Shown here one piece after another: positions 31,627 through 42,967 of a stretch of 64,000 nt of DNA. How positions within the stretch are numbered: the stretch's first letter is position 1; each line of letters starts with the position of its first letter. Under the pieces are notes generated by a model, which worked only from the letters and a program-made list of their open reading frames with translations, did no database searches and was not told where the DNA came from. This stretch comes from Methyloceanibacter sp. (GTDB taxonomy: Bacteria; Pseudomonadota; Alphaproteobacteria; Rhizobiales; Methyloligellaceae), in NCBI GenBank assembly GCA_014380485.1, contig JACMJU010000111.1, positions 24,818 to 88,817 of the forward strand, in the 5' to 3' direction. The translations under genes and the position numbers were made by a program.

Positions 31627-32739
31627 ATGCCACATCGCTCGTTTCTGCACCCGAGTGGTCCGGTGCCCGCAACTCCCAAGGACAAGGCCAAAGTGACCTA
31701 TCGCGATGCCGGCGTCGACATCGACACCGGCAACGCCCTGGTTGAGGCGATCGGCCCGCTCGCGGCAAGCACCAGGCGCACGGGCGTGCTGGGGGCGCTC
31801 GGCGGGTTCGGAGGGCTGTTCGATCTCAAGGCTTGCGGCTTTACCGATCCCGTCCTGGTCGCCGCCACCGACGGGGTCGGCACCAAGCTCAAGCTGGCCA
31901 TCGAGACCGGCATCCATGACGGGATCGGTCTCGACCTCGTCGCCATGAACGTCAACGATATCGTGGTGCAGGGCGCCGAGCCCTTGTTCTTTCTCGACTA
32001 CTTCGCCGCCGGCAAGCTCGACCTTGGCGTGGCGACGGCGGTGGTCGGCAGCATCGCCAAGGGTTGCAAAGAAGCGGGCTGCGCGCTGATTGGCGGGGAG
32101 ACCGCCGAGATGCCGGGGCTTTATGCCCCTGGCGATTACGACCTCGCCGGCTTTGCCGTCGGCGCGGTCGAGCGCGACCAATTGCTGCCGCGAAACGATA
32201 TCGCCGCGGGCGACGTCATTCTTGCCCTTCCCTCCTCCGGCGTTCACGCCAACGGCTTCTCGTTGGTGCGCCGCATCGTCGAGGGCGCGGGCTTGAGGTG
32301 GAACGACCCCGCGCCATTTGCGCGTGAGGCGACACTCGGTGAGGTCCTGCTCACGCCGACTCGCATCTATGTCCGGCAGATCCTTGAAACGATTCGCCGA
32401 ACCGGCGCGGTCAAGGCGCTTGCCCATATCACCGGCGGCGGCCTCACCGACAACATCCCGCGCGTGCTGCCTCAGGCGCTCGCCGCCGAGATCGACCTTG
32501 CCGCGTTTGCTCTGCCCCCGGTCTTCGCCTGGCTCATGCGGGAAGCACGGCTCGCGCAGGACGAGATGCTTCGCACCTTCAATTGCGGCATCGGCATGAT
32601 CCTCATCGTCGGCCCCCAGGACGCGGAACGCGTGCTCCAGGCGCTCGACGAGGACGCGAAAATGATCGGTACCATCGGCGAACGCGGACGCGGCGCACCG
32701 ATCCGCTACGCCGGCGCGTTTGCGCGGAGTGCGTTGTGA
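31627..32739 (+). CDS. purM: Phosphoribosylformylglycinamidine cyclo-ligase
   Basis: [36 protein letters not shown]; start uncertain. Confidence 0.97.
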   Translation: MPHRSFLHPSGPVPATPKDKAKVTYRDAGVDIDTGNALVEAIGPLAASTRRTGVLGALGGFGGLFDLKACGFTDPVLVAATDGVGTKLKLAIETGIHDGIGLDLVAMNVNDIVVQGAEPLFFLDYFAAGKLDLGVATAVVGSIAKGCKEAGCALIGGETAEMPGLYAPGDYDLAGFAVGAVERDQLLPRNDIAAGDVILALPSSGVHANGFSLVRRIVEGAGLRWNDPAPFAREATLGEVLLTPTRIYVRQILETIRRTGAVKALAHITGGGLTDNIPRVLPQALAAEIDLAAFALPPVFAWLMREARLAQDEMLRTFNCGIGMILIVGPQDAERVLQALDEDAKMIGTIGERGRGAPIRYAGAFARSAL

Positions 32740-33398
32740 CGAAAACGCGCGCCGCCGTCCTCATCTCCGGTCGCGGCAGCAATTTGCGGGCGCTGATCGA
32801 GGCCTGCAAGGCCCAGGACTTTCCCGCCGAGATCGTGCTCGTGGTGTCGAACGTACTTGGCGCCGAAGGTCTTGCGCATGCCGATTCCGCCGCCATTCCG
32901 ACCCGCACCGTCGATCACAAGGGTTTTGCTTCCCGCGAAGCGTTCGATGCGGCGCTGAGCGAGGTGCTGGACGAGGCGCGGGTCGAGTTGCTCTGCAACG
33001 CAGGGTTCATGCGTCTCCACACCGAGGGCTTCGTTCGGCACTGGTGGAACCGGCATCTCAACATTCACCCGTCTCTCCTGCCCGCGTTCCCGGGCTTGCA
33101 TACTCATGCTCGCGTTCTGGAGGGAGGCGCCAAGATCAGCGGCTGCACCGTGCATTTCGTGCGCCCCCAGATGGACACCGGTCCGATCGTCGCTCAGGCC
33201 GCCATTCCCGTGCTGCCGGGAGACACCGAGGACAGCCTTGCCGCCCGCGTGCTCGCCGCCGAGCACCGCCTCTACCCCCACGCGCTTCGCCTTGTCGCTT
33301 CCGGCGCGGTCCGGGTCGAGGGCGAGAGTGTCGTGGGGCTCAGCCGGGTCAGAGATCAAGCCGCCCTGTTCTCGCCGCCCCTAAACGAAGGGCTTTGA
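32736..33398 (+). CDS. purN: Phosphoribosylglycinamide formyltransferase
   Basis: [27 protein letters not shown]; GTGA overlap with purM. Confidence 0.97.
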   Translation: MTKTRAAVLISGRGSNLRALIEACKAQDFPAEIVLVVSNVLGAEGLAHADSAAIPTRTVDHKGFASREAFDAALSEVLDEARVELLCNAGFMRLHTEGFVRHWWNRHLNIHPSLLPAFPGLHTHARVLEGGAKISGCTVHFVRPQMDTGPIVAQAAIPVLPGDTEDSLAARVLAAEHRLYPHALRLVASGAVRVEGESVVGLSRVRDQAALFSPPLNEGL

Positions 33399-33638
33399 TT
33401 GAAATTGTTAACGGCCGTAAGATCAGGGCCTGGACGGGGCGGTATGTCGCACCGCAGAATGTGCGCGGTGCCGCTGATGGACAATGCCAACGGCCAGATG
33501 CTAGAGACTGGCTCAATCCGACGCAGTTCGCGTCTAATTTCCCAGCGAAAGGCCGCTTTCCTGATCCTGGCGGCCCGGCGCAAGGAACAGGCCGGTGGCC
33601 CCCGGAACCGACGGCAGAGAGCCAGGGGCAAGGCGTAA

Positions 33639-35003
33639 ATGGCGGATATGACAGTCGCCTATTCTCCATCGCATGGGCTCGGCGAAGAGCAGAGCATTTG
33701 GTTCAAGCTGACGCCGCTCCTGAACCAGGAGAACCCTATGCAGGTTCTCATGGCGCTCAGCGACAAATATGGCGGCGTGGTTCCCATCAATCTCAAGAAC
33801 CAACGCATCATGCTGCTATCCGAGCCGGCGCATGCCGAGCGCGTGCTGGTCTCGAACGCAGACAATTACGTGAAGTATTTCGACGGGCTTCGCCCCATCT
33901 TCGGCAAGAGCATGATCACCGTCGACGGCGCGCTGTGGCAGAAGATCCGCGCGCCCCAGCAGCCCGCCTTCCATCCGCACATGTTCGAGGCCTACTTCCC
34001 CTATCTGATGTCGGCCATCGACTCCAAGATGGCGCGGTGGGCGAAGTTCGCCTCAACCGGCGAGACCATCGAGATGGTGGAAGAGACCTGGACGCTTGCC
34101 GCCGAAATGGTGTGCAGGGCGCTGTTCGACCGCGAGATGCCGTTCAACCCGCATTTCGTGTTCGGCCAGGTCAAGACCTATACCGACGTGATGAACCACA
34201 AGTCGATCCGGCTCAGGAACGTGCGCGGTCAGCTCGAGGAGATCACCCAGGAAGACGCCGCCAAGGCCATGGAGGTGTGGGGCCAGATCCCCGAGACGGT
34301 GACGGGGGCAGGCGTGCTCGATCATCGCGAGAAGACGTTGCTCAAAATGTTGGAGGCGGCCGAAGCCGATCCCAATTTCCCCGAATTCGATCGCCAGCAG
34401 GTGATCGATGAGATGAAGCAATATCTGTGGGCCGGAACCGAGACCACCGCACTTACCTTGGCGTGGTCACTCTATCTCCTCTCGCAACACCCCGAGGCGC
34501 TCGAGCGCATCCGGGCCGAGGCCCGCGCCGTGTGCGGCGAACGCGATCCGCAATGGAACGAGATCCAGCAGCTGACCTATACGCGCATGGTGATCCAGGA
34601 AACGATGCGGCTGTTCCCGCCGATCTGGGCTCTCATTCGGATCGCGGCCGACGATGACGAGATCGAGGGCCACAAGATCAAGGCCGGGGACAAGGTGGTG
34701 ATCCTCGCCTATGTCATGCACCATAGCCCGCGATATTGGGACGCGCCGGAAAGCTTCGACCCCGAGCGTTTCGCGCCCGAGCGCGCCAAGAAGCGGGTGA
34801 AGTACAGCTATCTTCCCTTCGCCGCCGGCAAGCGCTCCTGCATCGGCGGCGCGCTGTCGCAGATCGAGAACACGCTCGCTCTGGTGCAGCTGCTGCGTCG
34901 CTTCACCCCCGAATATGCGGGTCCGGTGCCGGCGAAAATCCATGCGACCGTGACCCTCAGCCCCAAAGGCGGCCTCCCCTTCCGCATCCGCGCCTTGAGC
35001 TGA
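33639..35003 (+). CDS. Cytochrome P450
   Basis: AGTETTA I-helix, ETMR (ExxR), PERF, PFAAGKRSCIG heme motif. Confidence 0.96.
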   Translation: MADMTVAYSPSHGLGEEQSIWFKLTPLLNQENPMQVLMALSDKYGGVVPINLKNQRIMLLSEPAHAERVLVSNADNYVKYFDGLRPIFGKSMITVDGALWQKIRAPQQPAFHPHMFEAYFPYLMSAIDSKMARWAKFASTGETIEMVEETWTLAAEMVCRALFDREMPFNPHFVFGQVKTYTDVMNHKSIRLRNVRGQLEEITQEDAAKAMEVWGQIPETVTGAGVLDHREKTLLKMLEAAEADPNFPEFDRQQVIDEMKQYLWAGTETTALTLAWSLYLLSQHPEALERIRAEARAVCGERDPQWNEIQQLTYTRMVIQETMRLFPPIWALIRIAADDDEIEGHKIKAGDKVVILAYVMHHSPRYWDAPESFDPERFAPERAKKRVKYSYLPFAAGKRSCIGGALSQIENTLALVQLLRRFTPEYAGPVPAKIHATVTLSPKGGLPFRIRALS

Positions 35004-35072
35004 CGCGCCGCCTCGGCCTGGCGAATTAAGGGGTCTTAGGCCTTCGCAGATCAAGACCGCTCTGGGACTGGG

Positions 35073-36629
35073 TCAGAAGCTCGCTTCGAACACCTGAAAT
35101 CGCCGTTCCAATTCCCATTCTTGCGCCGCCTTCTCGCTCGCTGCGAGAAAGGACGCGCATGGCGAAGACGGTTCGCCGCCGCCCGGCGTCTCGTTCCGGC
35201 ATTCGACGGCAAAGCGCGAATAGTCGCCCTTGCCAGCCCACAGACTCGCGCCAGGCAGGAAACTATGGTCGAGGCTGTTGCGCACGATGTCCTTGAGGTC
35301 GGCGTAGGTAAGCGCATAGTCCGCGACCGCGCGGACATATTCATGGGTGAGGTCGATGCGTTCGATGCCGGCGTCGTCGGTCGAGAGCGCAACCGGCACG
35401 CCGAACTTGCGATAGGTGGCGAACGGGTGCCGATCGCCGCTGATGCCGAGAATGATGTCGTTGCTGGTGAGATTGATTTCGACCAGCACGCCCTTGTCGG
35501 CCATGGTCTTCAACAGTTCGTAAGGATGGTCTTCGTACATCACGTCGACGCCATGGCCGATGCGCTCGGTTCCGGCCTGCTCAACGGCAAGTCTGATGTG
35601 GCAGCACAAGCCCTCAGGCGGCACCAGCCCCGGCGCAAGTTCGCCGGCGTGCAGGCTGACGCGAATTCGCGGATAGAGCCCGCGCAAGAAGCCGACCATG
35701 CGCATGTGCTCTTCATAGTCGGTCATGGCGTCGTGCCCGTCCTCTTCCCCCACAAAATTGATGGCCACCACGCGCGGATCGGCTGAGGCCAGTTCGAAGC
35801 CGAACAACGCCTGTGCGAACACCAGCTCCTTCGGATTGTTGCGGAAGATCTCGTAGATATAGCGGAGCGCAACCTTGCATCCGGCGTCTTCGTCCTGTTC
35901 GCCGCAACGCCCCAGCGCCTTGCGTTTGGCCTCGGCCCTGTCCCAGAATTCGCGCGCGGCAGGGATATCGTCGGCCAAGCCCTTGCCGAGAAGCTCCTGG
36001 CGCAGGCCCTGCAAGTCATCGCGCCATGCCACATCCTTGGTGATGGAATTGAGACGGTTCCACGTCGGCGTGGCCATCAACTCCAGATACTGCGTGTTCT
36101 GGCGGGCGGCACGGTCGGCAACTTCATCGAGCCATTCGCCGGTATGGCTTGGATCGACGCCACCGAATTTCTTGAAGGCGCCAAAGAAATGGTCATGGCC
36201 GGTGTCGCCTTCGGACGGGACGAAGCCGCGCATAGAAAAGGCGTCGATCAACCCATCATAGAGCCGCTGGTCCTTGTAGACCGACGCGGCGGGAACGGCG
36301 CCCTCCCCGCACACCGGCGCATCGCCTGCCGCACTTTGCGGCTTCGCAAAAGCATGCGCCGTTCCGTCGACGCAGAGCTTATCGTCAATAGCGTCGCGGA
36401 TAAGCGTCTCGGCGAATACGGCGCTGTGAAGATGACTATGAAGCTCGCCGCCCTTCGGCATGCGCTTGAGGAAATCGTGCAGAGCAAGGGGATCGCCGCG
36501 AACTGCATCGAGCGCCTTGGCGGCGCGCAGCTCGGCTTGGCTGGGTTCACCCTCGGCGGCCGCCAGCGTTGATACGGCGAGGGCAGCGACGAGCGCGGCA
36601 ATGGCGGCTATGGTTCGCGCAATCCGCAT
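35073..36629 (-). CDS. Exported adenosine/AMP deaminase family protein
   Basis: Signal peptide; PKGGELHSHL, HAGE, RIGHG, STDD; start 36629 or 36638. Confidence 0.9.
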   Translation of the reverse strand: MRIARTIAAIAALVAALAVSTLAAAEGEPSQAELRAAKALDAVRGDPLALHDFLKRMPKGGELHSHLHSAVFAETLIRDAIDDKLCVDGTAHAFAKPQSAAGDAPVCGEGAVPAASVYKDQRLYDGLIDAFSMRGFVPSEGDTGHDHFFGAFKKFGGVDPSHTGEWLDEVADRAARQNTQYLELMATPTWNRLNSITKDVAWRDDLQGLRQELLGKGLADDIPAAREFWDRAEAKRKALGRCGEQDEDAGCKVALRYIYEIFRNNPKELVFAQALFGFELASADPRVVAINFVGEEDGHDAMTDYEEHMRMVGFLRGLYPRIRVSLHAGELAPGLVPPEGLCCHIRLAVEQAGTERIGHGVDVMYEDHPYELLKTMADKGVLVEINLTSNDIILGISGDRHPFATYRKFGVPVALSTDDAGIERIDLTHEYVRAVADYALTYADLKDIVRNSLDHSFLPGASLWAGKGDYSRFAVECRNETPGGGEPSSPCASFLAASEKAAQEWELERRFQVFEASF

Positions 36630-36653
36630 GGCGGCCATACATAGCACGAAGGC

Positions 36654-37076
36654 CTAACCCACGATCTCGCTCTTCTTGAAGCAAAGCGCGATCTCGCGCT
36701 TGGCTGTGGCGGCGCTGTCGGAGCCATGCACGGAGTTCCGCTGCAAGTTCACGCCGAAATCCTTGCGGATCGAGCCCGGCGCCGCATCGACCGGATTGGT
36801 CGCACCCATCGCCTCGCGATTCTTGGCGATGGCATCCTCGCCCTCAAGCACCTGCAACACGATCGGACCCGAGGTCATGAAGGCGATGAGACCCTTGAAG
36901 AAAGGCTGGTCCTTATGGATGTCGTAGAATTTCCTGGCGTCCTTCTTCTTCCACCACACGCGTTTCTGGGCGATCACGCGGAGGCCCGCGCCTTCGAGCC
37001 GCGCGATGATCTGCCCGGTAAGGTTTCGCTCGGTAGCGTCGGGCTTGATGATCGAAAGCGTGCGCTCGCTAGCCAT
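36654..37076 (-). CDS. ndk: Nucleoside diphosphate kinase
   Basis: [24 protein letters not shown]. Confidence 0.98.
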   Translation of the reverse strand: MASERTLSIIKPDATERNLTGQIIARLEGAGLRVIAQKRVWWKKKDARKFYDIHKDQPFFKGLIAFMTSGPIVLQVLEGEDAIAKNREAMGATNPVDAAPGSIRKDFGVNLQRNSVHGSDSAATAKREIALCFKKSEIVG

Positions 37077-37166
37077 AGGCAACGGTCCCTCTTGTATTGG
37101 AATCAGGGGCTTATAGCGGCCGTCGATGACAGCGACAAGGCGAATGGCGCTAAGGCGCGATTTGCC

Positions 37167-37631
37167 TCATGCTTTCTGATGCCAGCGCCCATTGGCATCC
37201 TGCTGCCAATAACTGACGGCGTCTCCTCGTGCTTTGGCGTCCTGCCAGACTTCCCGCGCGCGTGCGACCGCCGCCTGATCGCGGCCGTCCAACACATAGG
37301 CGACCCTCAGATAGGGCGAGGTGTCCGCGAGCGTGGCGCCATCGACGAGGAAGCGCACCTGCGCCGCATTCGGATTTTCGTCGCCCGCGGTCAGATAGAC
37401 GGGTTGCGAGGAGGCGCGGCCCTCACCCGCCGTTCCATGGGGAAGAAAGCTCTCGTCCCGATAGGTCCATAACAGCGTATCCAGCGCCTCGACGCGCTCC
37501 TCGCTCGCAGCCTGGACGGCGGCGCGCCAGCCGCGCTCGAGCGACAGCTCGAGCAATTTCGGCAGCACGTCATCGAGCGTCCGCCGCTCAAGATGGTAGA
37601 AATAAACTTCCGTGCCGCCGCTCTCGCCCAT
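37167..37631 (-). CDS. holC: DNA polymerase III chi subunit
   Basis: VYFYHL, LWTYRDESFLPHG, YWQQ...GRW. Confidence 0.93.
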   Translation of the reverse strand: MGESGGTEVYFYHLERRTLDDVLPKLLELSLERGWRAAVQAASEERVEALDTLLWTYRDESFLPHGTAGEGRASSQPVYLTAGDENPNAAQVRFLVDGATLADTSPYLRVAYVLDGRDQAAVARAREVWQDAKARGDAVSYWQQDANGRWHQKA

Positions 37632-37641
37632 TGTGCAATCC

Positions 37642-38991
37642 TCAGGCAAACGGATTATCGCCTTTGCGCAGGTTCAGTCTCACCGGTACCCCCGGCATGT
37701 CGAAGCTCTCGCGCAAGGAATTCACCAGATAGCGCGAATAGGACTCCGGCAGCGCCTTGGGGCGCGAGCAGAACAGCACGAAGGTGGGCGGCCGCGCATT
37801 GGCCTGGGTGATATATCGGAGCTTGATGCGCCGGCCGGAGACGGCTGGAGGCGGATGCGCCTCGACCGCCGCCCCCAGCCATTGATTCAGTGCGCGCGTC
37901 GGCAGTCTGCGGTTCCATAACGCGTCGGCGGCGAGGATCGCCTCCATCAACTTGTCGAGCCCGGTTCCGGCCGTCGCCGAGACCGGAACCAGCGCCACGC
38001 CCTTGACTTGCGGCAAGAGCCGCTGGCAGGTCTCGCGCAAGGCGGCCAGACGCTTCTCGCGATCGCGTACAAGGTCCCACTTGTTGACGGCGATGACGAG
38101 AGCCCGTCCCTCCTCGGCGATCAGGTGCGCAATCTGGAGATCTTGTTTCTCGAAGGGATGCTCGGCGTCGAGAAGCAGCACGACGATTTCGGCGAAACGG
38201 ATCGCCTTGAGCGCGTCGCCGACCGAAAGCTCCTCGGCCCGACCTTCGACGCGCATCTTGCGCCTCAGCCCCGCGGTGTCGAACAGGAGCAAGGAGCGGC
38301 CGTTCCACTCAAGGCCCGAGGCGATCGAATCGCGGGTAATGCCGGCCTCGGGGCCTGTAATCATGCGCTCCTCACCGAGCAACACGTTGATGAGGGTGGA
38401 TTTGCCGACATTCGGTCGTCCCACGATGGCGATCCGCAAAGGATGCGGGCTCACCGCCTCGATCCCCTCCTCGCGCGGCACCTCCGTCGCGCCGACCCGT
38501 TCCCGACAAACCCGTTCGATCGTCTCGGTGAGATCGCCGATGCCGATATTATGCTCGGCCGATACCGGCAGCGGCTCGCCGAGGCCGAGCGCATAGGCCT
38601 CGTAGATCGTAGGCTCGGCCGCGCGGCCCTCGCATTTGTTGACGGCGAGAATCACGTCCTTGCCGGCGCTGCGCACAACGTCGGCGAAAATCTCGTCGGC
38701 GGCCACCACGCCCGCCCGCCCGTCGATGACGAACAGCACGAGGTCGGCACTCGCGATAGCCGCTTCCGTCTGCTGACGCAGGCGCGCCGTAAGTCCCCGG
38801 TCCCCGGGCTCGAGCCCGGCGGTATCGATGAGCCTGACAACGCAGGACCCAAGCGTTGCCTCGGCCTCGCGCCGGTCGCGCGTCAAGCCCGGCTGGTCGT
38901 CGACGAGGGCCAACCGTTTGCCTGCCAGCCTGTTGAACAGGGTGGACTTGCCGACATTCGGCCGTCCAACAATGGCGACGGTGAAGGACAT
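37642..38991 (-). CDS. der: Ribosome biogenesis GTPase Der
   Basis: Two [10 protein letters not shown]-loops, DTAG, NKxD/E, C-terminal KH-like domain. Confidence 0.98.
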   Translation of the reverse strand: MSFTVAIVGRPNVGKSTLFNRLAGKRLALVDDQPGLTRDRREAEATLGSCVVRLIDTAGLEPGDRGLTARLRQQTEAAIASADLVLFVIDGRAGVVAADEIFADVVRSAGKDVILAVNKCEGRAAEPTIYEAYALGLGEPLPVSAEHNIGIGDLTETIERVCRERVGATEVPREEGIEAVSPHPLRIAIVGRPNVGKSTLINVLLGEERMITGPEAGITRDSIASGLEWNGRSLLLFDTAGLRRKMRVEGRAEELSVGDALKAIRFAEIVVLLLDAEHPFEKQDLQIAHLIAEEGRALVIAVNKWDLVRDREKRLAALRETCQRLLPQVKGVALVPVSATAGTGLDKLMEAILAADALWNRRLPTRALNQWLGAAVEAHPPPAVSGRRIKLRYITQANARPPTFVLFCSRPKALPESYSRYLVNSLRESFDMPGVPVRLNLRKGDNPFA

Positions 38992-39023
38992 CGGTGCCGT
39001 GGCTACGGACGTTTAGGCGGGTC

Positions 39024-40406
39024 TCAATTGAGGGCAATGAGCGAAGCGTTATCGGCCAGGATATACATGCGCCCGCCGGCCACAACAGGCGCCACGAAGA
39101 CCGGCGTGCCAAGATCGACCTGAGTTGCGAGCTGGCCCGTCCGCGCATCGGCGCCCACCAGGAGACCCTCCCCGGAGACCAGCCAGAGCTTGCCGCCGGC
39201 GAGCACCGGCCCGCTCCAACGTGCGCCGCTGGGTAGATCCGCTACCCATCGCACCTTGCCGTCGGCCCGGGCCAGCGCAATGAGCTTGCCGGCGAGATCG
39301 ACGACATAGACCGTGTCGCCCGCGATCCACGGCATCTGCGTGCCGGCGATATTTCGCGTCCATAACCGCTCGCCGGACGATTCCGACATGGCGATCATCT
39401 TGCCGCCATGGCTGACCACGAACACCACCCCGCGATCGATCACCGGCCGCGCCGGATCGCCGAGAACGGCGGCAGCCGAGGTCTCGCTCGACCGCGCCAA
39501 GGATTCGCGCCAGGTCGCCTTGCCGCTGCCGCTTTCGAAGGCGGCCACGTCGCCGGACGGAAAGGGCGCAACCACGAGGCCGCCGCTGACCGCGGGACTG
39601 ACATTGCTGAGGAGCGTCGCCGCTTGCGGCAGGCCGCGCGAGGTCCATAGCTGTTGGCCGTCTTGGTCGTTGAGGGCGTAGAGGATATTGCCGGCCGAGA
39701 CGAAATAGATCTTGCCGCCAGCGGCCGTGGGCGCGCTGCGAATGGGTTCGCCGATCCGCTTCGACCACACCACGGCGCCATTGCCGGGATCGATGGCAAC
39801 GACGGTGCCAAAGCCGGTCGCCGCATAGAGGCGGCCTCCGTCCATGGCGAGCCCGCCGCCGAAGCCTTCCTTGCGCTTCTCGTTGTCGGGGGTTACGTCC
39901 GCCGCCCACAGCCTGCCACCGCTGGCGGAGGAAAAGGCCGACACGGTTCCCCCCGCATCGAGGGTGAAGACCTTGCCGTCGGCCACCAGTGGCACCGCAC
40001 TCAAGCGTCCGCTCGACGATGACCCGGTCCCGGCGTCGGCCGACCAAACTTTGCGCACCTCCCCGCTCAGAGCGAGGTGGCCGAGATTATTGGAAGGCGA
40101 GCCGCCCGGCTGCGACCAGGACGCATTGGCCTGAGGCGGCGGGAGCTGAACCGGCCTCCCCGCTTCGGCCGGGTCGACATTGACCAAGGTCGGATCGGTG
40201 ATGACGGCAATGCGTTCGCCCGGAAGCGGCACTTCCTTCTTGGCGAAAGGATTCTTGATGGTCCGCTGAAGGGAGTCCAGGGAGGTGCCGCCGCACCCGG
40301 CTAGAACCATGGCCACAGCGGCTGCAAGCCCCGCGCAGAGGAGGCGATGACCAATTCCCCGTGTTCGACCCGAGCGCAACTTCGAGCCACCCCTCGCTAC
40401 AAGCAA
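39024..40406 (-). CDS. PQQ-like beta-propeller lipoprotein (BamB-like)
   Basis: LAGC lipobox, repeated G..LW propeller motifs, yfgM-bamB-der order; start uncertain. Confidence 0.88.
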   Translation of the reverse strand: MLVARGGSKLRSGRTRGIGHRLLCAGLAAAVAMVLAGCGGTSLDSLQRTIKNPFAKKEVPLPGERIAVITDPTLVNVDPAEAGRPVQLPPPQANASWSQPGGSPSNNLGHLALSGEVRKVWSADAGTGSSSSGRLSAVPLVADGKVFTLDAGGTVSAFSSASGGRLWAADVTPDNEKRKEGFGGGLAMDGGRLYAATGFGTVVAIDPGNGAVVWSKRIGEPIRSAPTAAGGKIYFVSAGNILYALNDQDGQQLWTSRGLPQAATLLSNVSPAVSGGLVVAPFPSGDVAAFESGSGKATWRESLARSSETSAAAVLGDPARPVIDRGVVFVVSHGGKMIAMSESSGERLWTRNIAGTQMPWIAGDTVYVVDLAGKLIALARADGKVRWVADLPSGARWSGPVLAGGKLWLVSGEGLLVGADARTGQLATQVDLGTPVFVAPVVAGGRMYILADNASLIALN

Positions 40407-40407
40407 G

Positions 40408-41088
40408 CTATTTTGCCGTGGTGCTCAAGGCCTGCGGCGCTCCCACGATCAGCGCCAGCATCATGTCGGCACGTTCCCGCATATTCGGCGGTGTTCCCTG
40501 GTCCCCGACCAGCACGCTGAATTGCCTCTCGGCCTCGCGCATGTCCTTCAGCCGGTAGGCCGACAGCCCCAGCAGCTCGTGCGCGGAAAAACGCCAGGCG
40601 CTGTTGGAATCGAGGAGGCCTTTGAGACGCTGCTCCATTTCCGCATAATCGGCCTTGTCCAGTCTGAGGGCCGCCGCCTGGAGCGTGGCGTGGCCTTGCA
40701 GGATTGGATCGACGCTCGGATCATTGGCGAGCGCGTCGTAATCGGCAACGGCTTTGCCGGTTTCACCCGCTTTCGCCTCAGCCGCAGCGAGCTGAAAGCG
40801 CGCCAGCACGCGGTAGCCTCCCGGCCCCTGCTCGGCCAAAGCGGTCAAGCTCTCGCGAGCCTTACCGGCGTCGGCGCCGTTCTCCATGCTCAAGGCTTCG
40901 GAGAATTTTGCGCCGGCGTCCGCGGCTCTCTTTTCCTGCCAAGCCAACCAGCCGTTGTAGCCGGCGACGGCGACGACCAAGGCCGCGGCGCCGCCGAGCG
41001 CGTAAACACCGTATCGGTCCCACAGCTGCTGGTACTTGTCGTGGCGGACGGCCTCGTCCACCTCGCGAAAGAAATCACGGTCGCTCAT
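40408..41088 (-). CDS. YfgM-like TPR membrane protein
   Basis: FFREVDEAVR...LWDRYG, single TM, TPR-like helices. Confidence 0.88.
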   Translation of the reverse strand: MSDRDFFREVDEAVRHDKYQQLWDRYGVYALGGAAALVVAVAGYNGWLAWQEKRAADAGAKFSEALSMENGADAGKARESLTALAEQGPGGYRVLARFQLAAAEAKAGETGKAVADYDALANDPSVDPILQGHATLQAAALRLDKADYAEMEQRLKGLLDSNSAWRFSAHELLGLSAYRLKDMREAERQFSVLVGDQGTPPNMRERADMMLALIVGAPQALSTTAK

Positions 41089-41254
41089 TGGCAGCGGACT
41101 CTTCTTGCCAAGCGGTTATGACGAGACCAGGCGGCCGGTCCTTGCGGGCCTCAGACCGTCCTCCTGCCGCCGTATAGTGAAGGCGTCCCAGGGGCGCAAG
41201 TTAAAGCGCCCGGGACCGCCTCCGCACGGCGCCAAATGAGAGCCCGAATGCCGG

Positions 41255-42115
41255 CTAACTGCCTGTCATTTTGGTCTTTTTCGTGACTTCGGCGCCCTCG
41301 TCGCTCATCGGGTAAGTATGTTCCGCCGATGGGAAGGCGCGGGCGCGAACCTCGCTCGCGAAAGCCTCGACCGCGGCCTCGATGCCGGCGCCGAGCTGAG
41401 CATATTCCTTGACGAATTTCGGCACGCGGGGCGACAGCCCAAGCATGTCCTCGAGCACGAGGATCTGCCCGTCGCATTCCACCGAAGCCCCGATGCCGAT
41501 GGTCGGAATGTCGATCTGTTTGGTAATGCGCGCGGCCAGAAGCTCGGCGAGAGCCTCGAGCACGACCGCGAAGGCGCCGGCCTCGGCCACCGCTTTGGCA
41601 TCGGCCTCGAAGGCCGCCCACTCGGAACGCCGCCGACCACGCGGAGAGAAGCTACCGATGGTGTTGATGGCCTGGGGCGTCATGCCGATATGGCTCATCA
41701 CCGGGATGCCGCGCCCGGACAGATAGCGGATGGTCTCGGCCATTTGCAGACCGCCCTCGATCTTGATCGCGCCGCAGCCCGTTTCCTTGATCACCCGGGC
41801 GGCATTGCGGAAGGCGACCGGCGGGCTCTCCTCATACGAGCCGAACGGCATGTCGACGACGACCAGCGCCCTGGTCGAGCCGCGCACCACCGCTTGCGCG
41901 TGCATGATCATCAGCTCGAGCGGCACCGGCACCGTCGTTTCGTAGCCATGCATGACCATGCCAAGGGAATCGCCGACCAGCAGCATATCGACATGAGGGT
42001 CGATGATGCGCGCGGTATGGGCGTGATAGGCGGTGAGCGCCACGATCGGCGCGCCGCCCTTGCGGTTGCGGATGTCGGGTGCCGTCACCCGCCTCAAAGC
42101 AAAGTCCTGCGACAC
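41255..42115 (-). CDS. panB: 3-methyl-2-oxobutanoate hydroxymethyltransferase
   Basis: [38 protein letters not shown]. Confidence 0.97.
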   Translation of the reverse strand: MSQDFALRRVTAPDIRNRKGGAPIVALTAYHAHTARIIDPHVDMLLVGDSLGMVMHGYETTVPVPLELMIMHAQAVVRGSTRALVVVDMPFGSYEESPPVAFRNAARVIKETGCGAIKIEGGLQMAETIRYLSGRGIPVMSHIGMTPQAINTIGSFSPRGRRRSEWAAFEADAKAVAEAGAFAVVLEALAELLAARITKQIDIPTIGIGASVECDGQILVLEDMLGLSPRVPKFVKEYAQLGAGIEAAVEAFASEVRARAFPSAEHTYPMSDEGAEVTKKTKMTGS

Positions 42116-42214
42116 GTCTGCTCGGCTCCTCAAGAGACCCCTCTGTCGATTTATGGCAGAAATATAGGGAGTTGTGCAGTGCAAAAAAAGCTGCCCGGAA
42201 ACCGCCCCATTTTG

Positions 42215-42787
42215 TCATTGGGCCAGTGGCGCCGTCCCGATCAGGAGCGGATGCAGCCAGACCAGGAACGCGGAATAGAGAACCACGCCCAGCGCGACGG
42301 CGGTAATGTCGTTGCGCGCGCTTTCCGGCCCCTGAACATCGACCAGGCCGGTCGGCTGGCGCCGCTTGAGCGCGATGCGGTCATAGACGGCATAGGCGAG
42401 GAAGGAGCCAAACAGGATCAGGGAGGCGAGGTCGCCATTGGCGATGAGATGGGCGAACGCCCAGGTCTTGATGGTGACCAGGAAGGGATGTTTGAGCTTG
42501 GCCTTGATCTGCCCCGGGAGGTAGGCCGCGACCAGGAAGATGAAGGCGGGCAGCATCAACACGATCGCCACCCATCGCGTCCATGATGGCGGCGACCAAA
42601 TCTGGACCACAGGCGCCTTGGCGAAACCATAGACGAGCAGGACCAGGCCCGCGATCGAGACCAGCGAGAAGGCCATTTTATAGCCCGTGTCGCCCAAACG
42701 TGCGGCGAGCCTTTCCCGCAAGCCGGAAACGGTCGGCAAGAGGTGTATGCCGAGAAAGACGACGATGCCGATGATGAGAAGCGTCAT
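42215..42787 (-). CDS. NnrU family membrane protein
   Basis: FLGIH, KHP, WAFAHLIANGDL, LFGSFL, HPLLIG. Confidence 0.92.
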   Translation of the reverse strand: MTLLIIGIVVFLGIHLLPTVSGLRERLAARLGDTGYKMAFSLVSIAGLVLLVYGFAKAPVVQIWSPPSWTRWVAIVLMLPAFIFLVAAYLPGQIKAKLKHPFLVTIKTWAFAHLIANGDLASLILFGSFLAYAVYDRIALKRRQPTGLVDVQGPESARNDITAVALGVVLYSAFLVWLHPLLIGTAPLAQ

Positions 42788-42820
42788 GGGTGCCCGACCC
42801 TTTCACCTGAATGATACACT

Positions 42821-42917
42821 ACCTCCCCCTCGTGGGGGGTCCGACAACGCCGAAGGCGGCGTCGGGGTGGGGCTGAATCAAAACGGGGCTCAATACCTCC
42901 CCTCGTGGGGAGGGATG
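42821..42917. repeat. CCTCCCC/GGGGAGG-type palindromic intergenic repeat
   Basis: Two hairpins acctccccctcgtggggggt and cctcccctcgtggggagg flanking an internal hairpin; similar to 57214-57328. Confidence 0.75.
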
Positions 42918-42967
42918 GAGTTTGACGTATTGTCACTCCAGAGATGCGGGCTCCTCGCCGGCGTCTT

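Noticed and set aside
30349-32427. 692-aa ORF, and other over-long starts (ppx 26819, hdaA 30292, rsmB 55988)
   Set aside because: The N-terminal extensions overlap neighbouring real genes; downstream starts fit family lengths
33639-35003. P450 as sterol demethylase CYP51
   Set aside because: I-helix is AGTETT rather than the CYP51 AGxHT motif; no sterol genes adjacent
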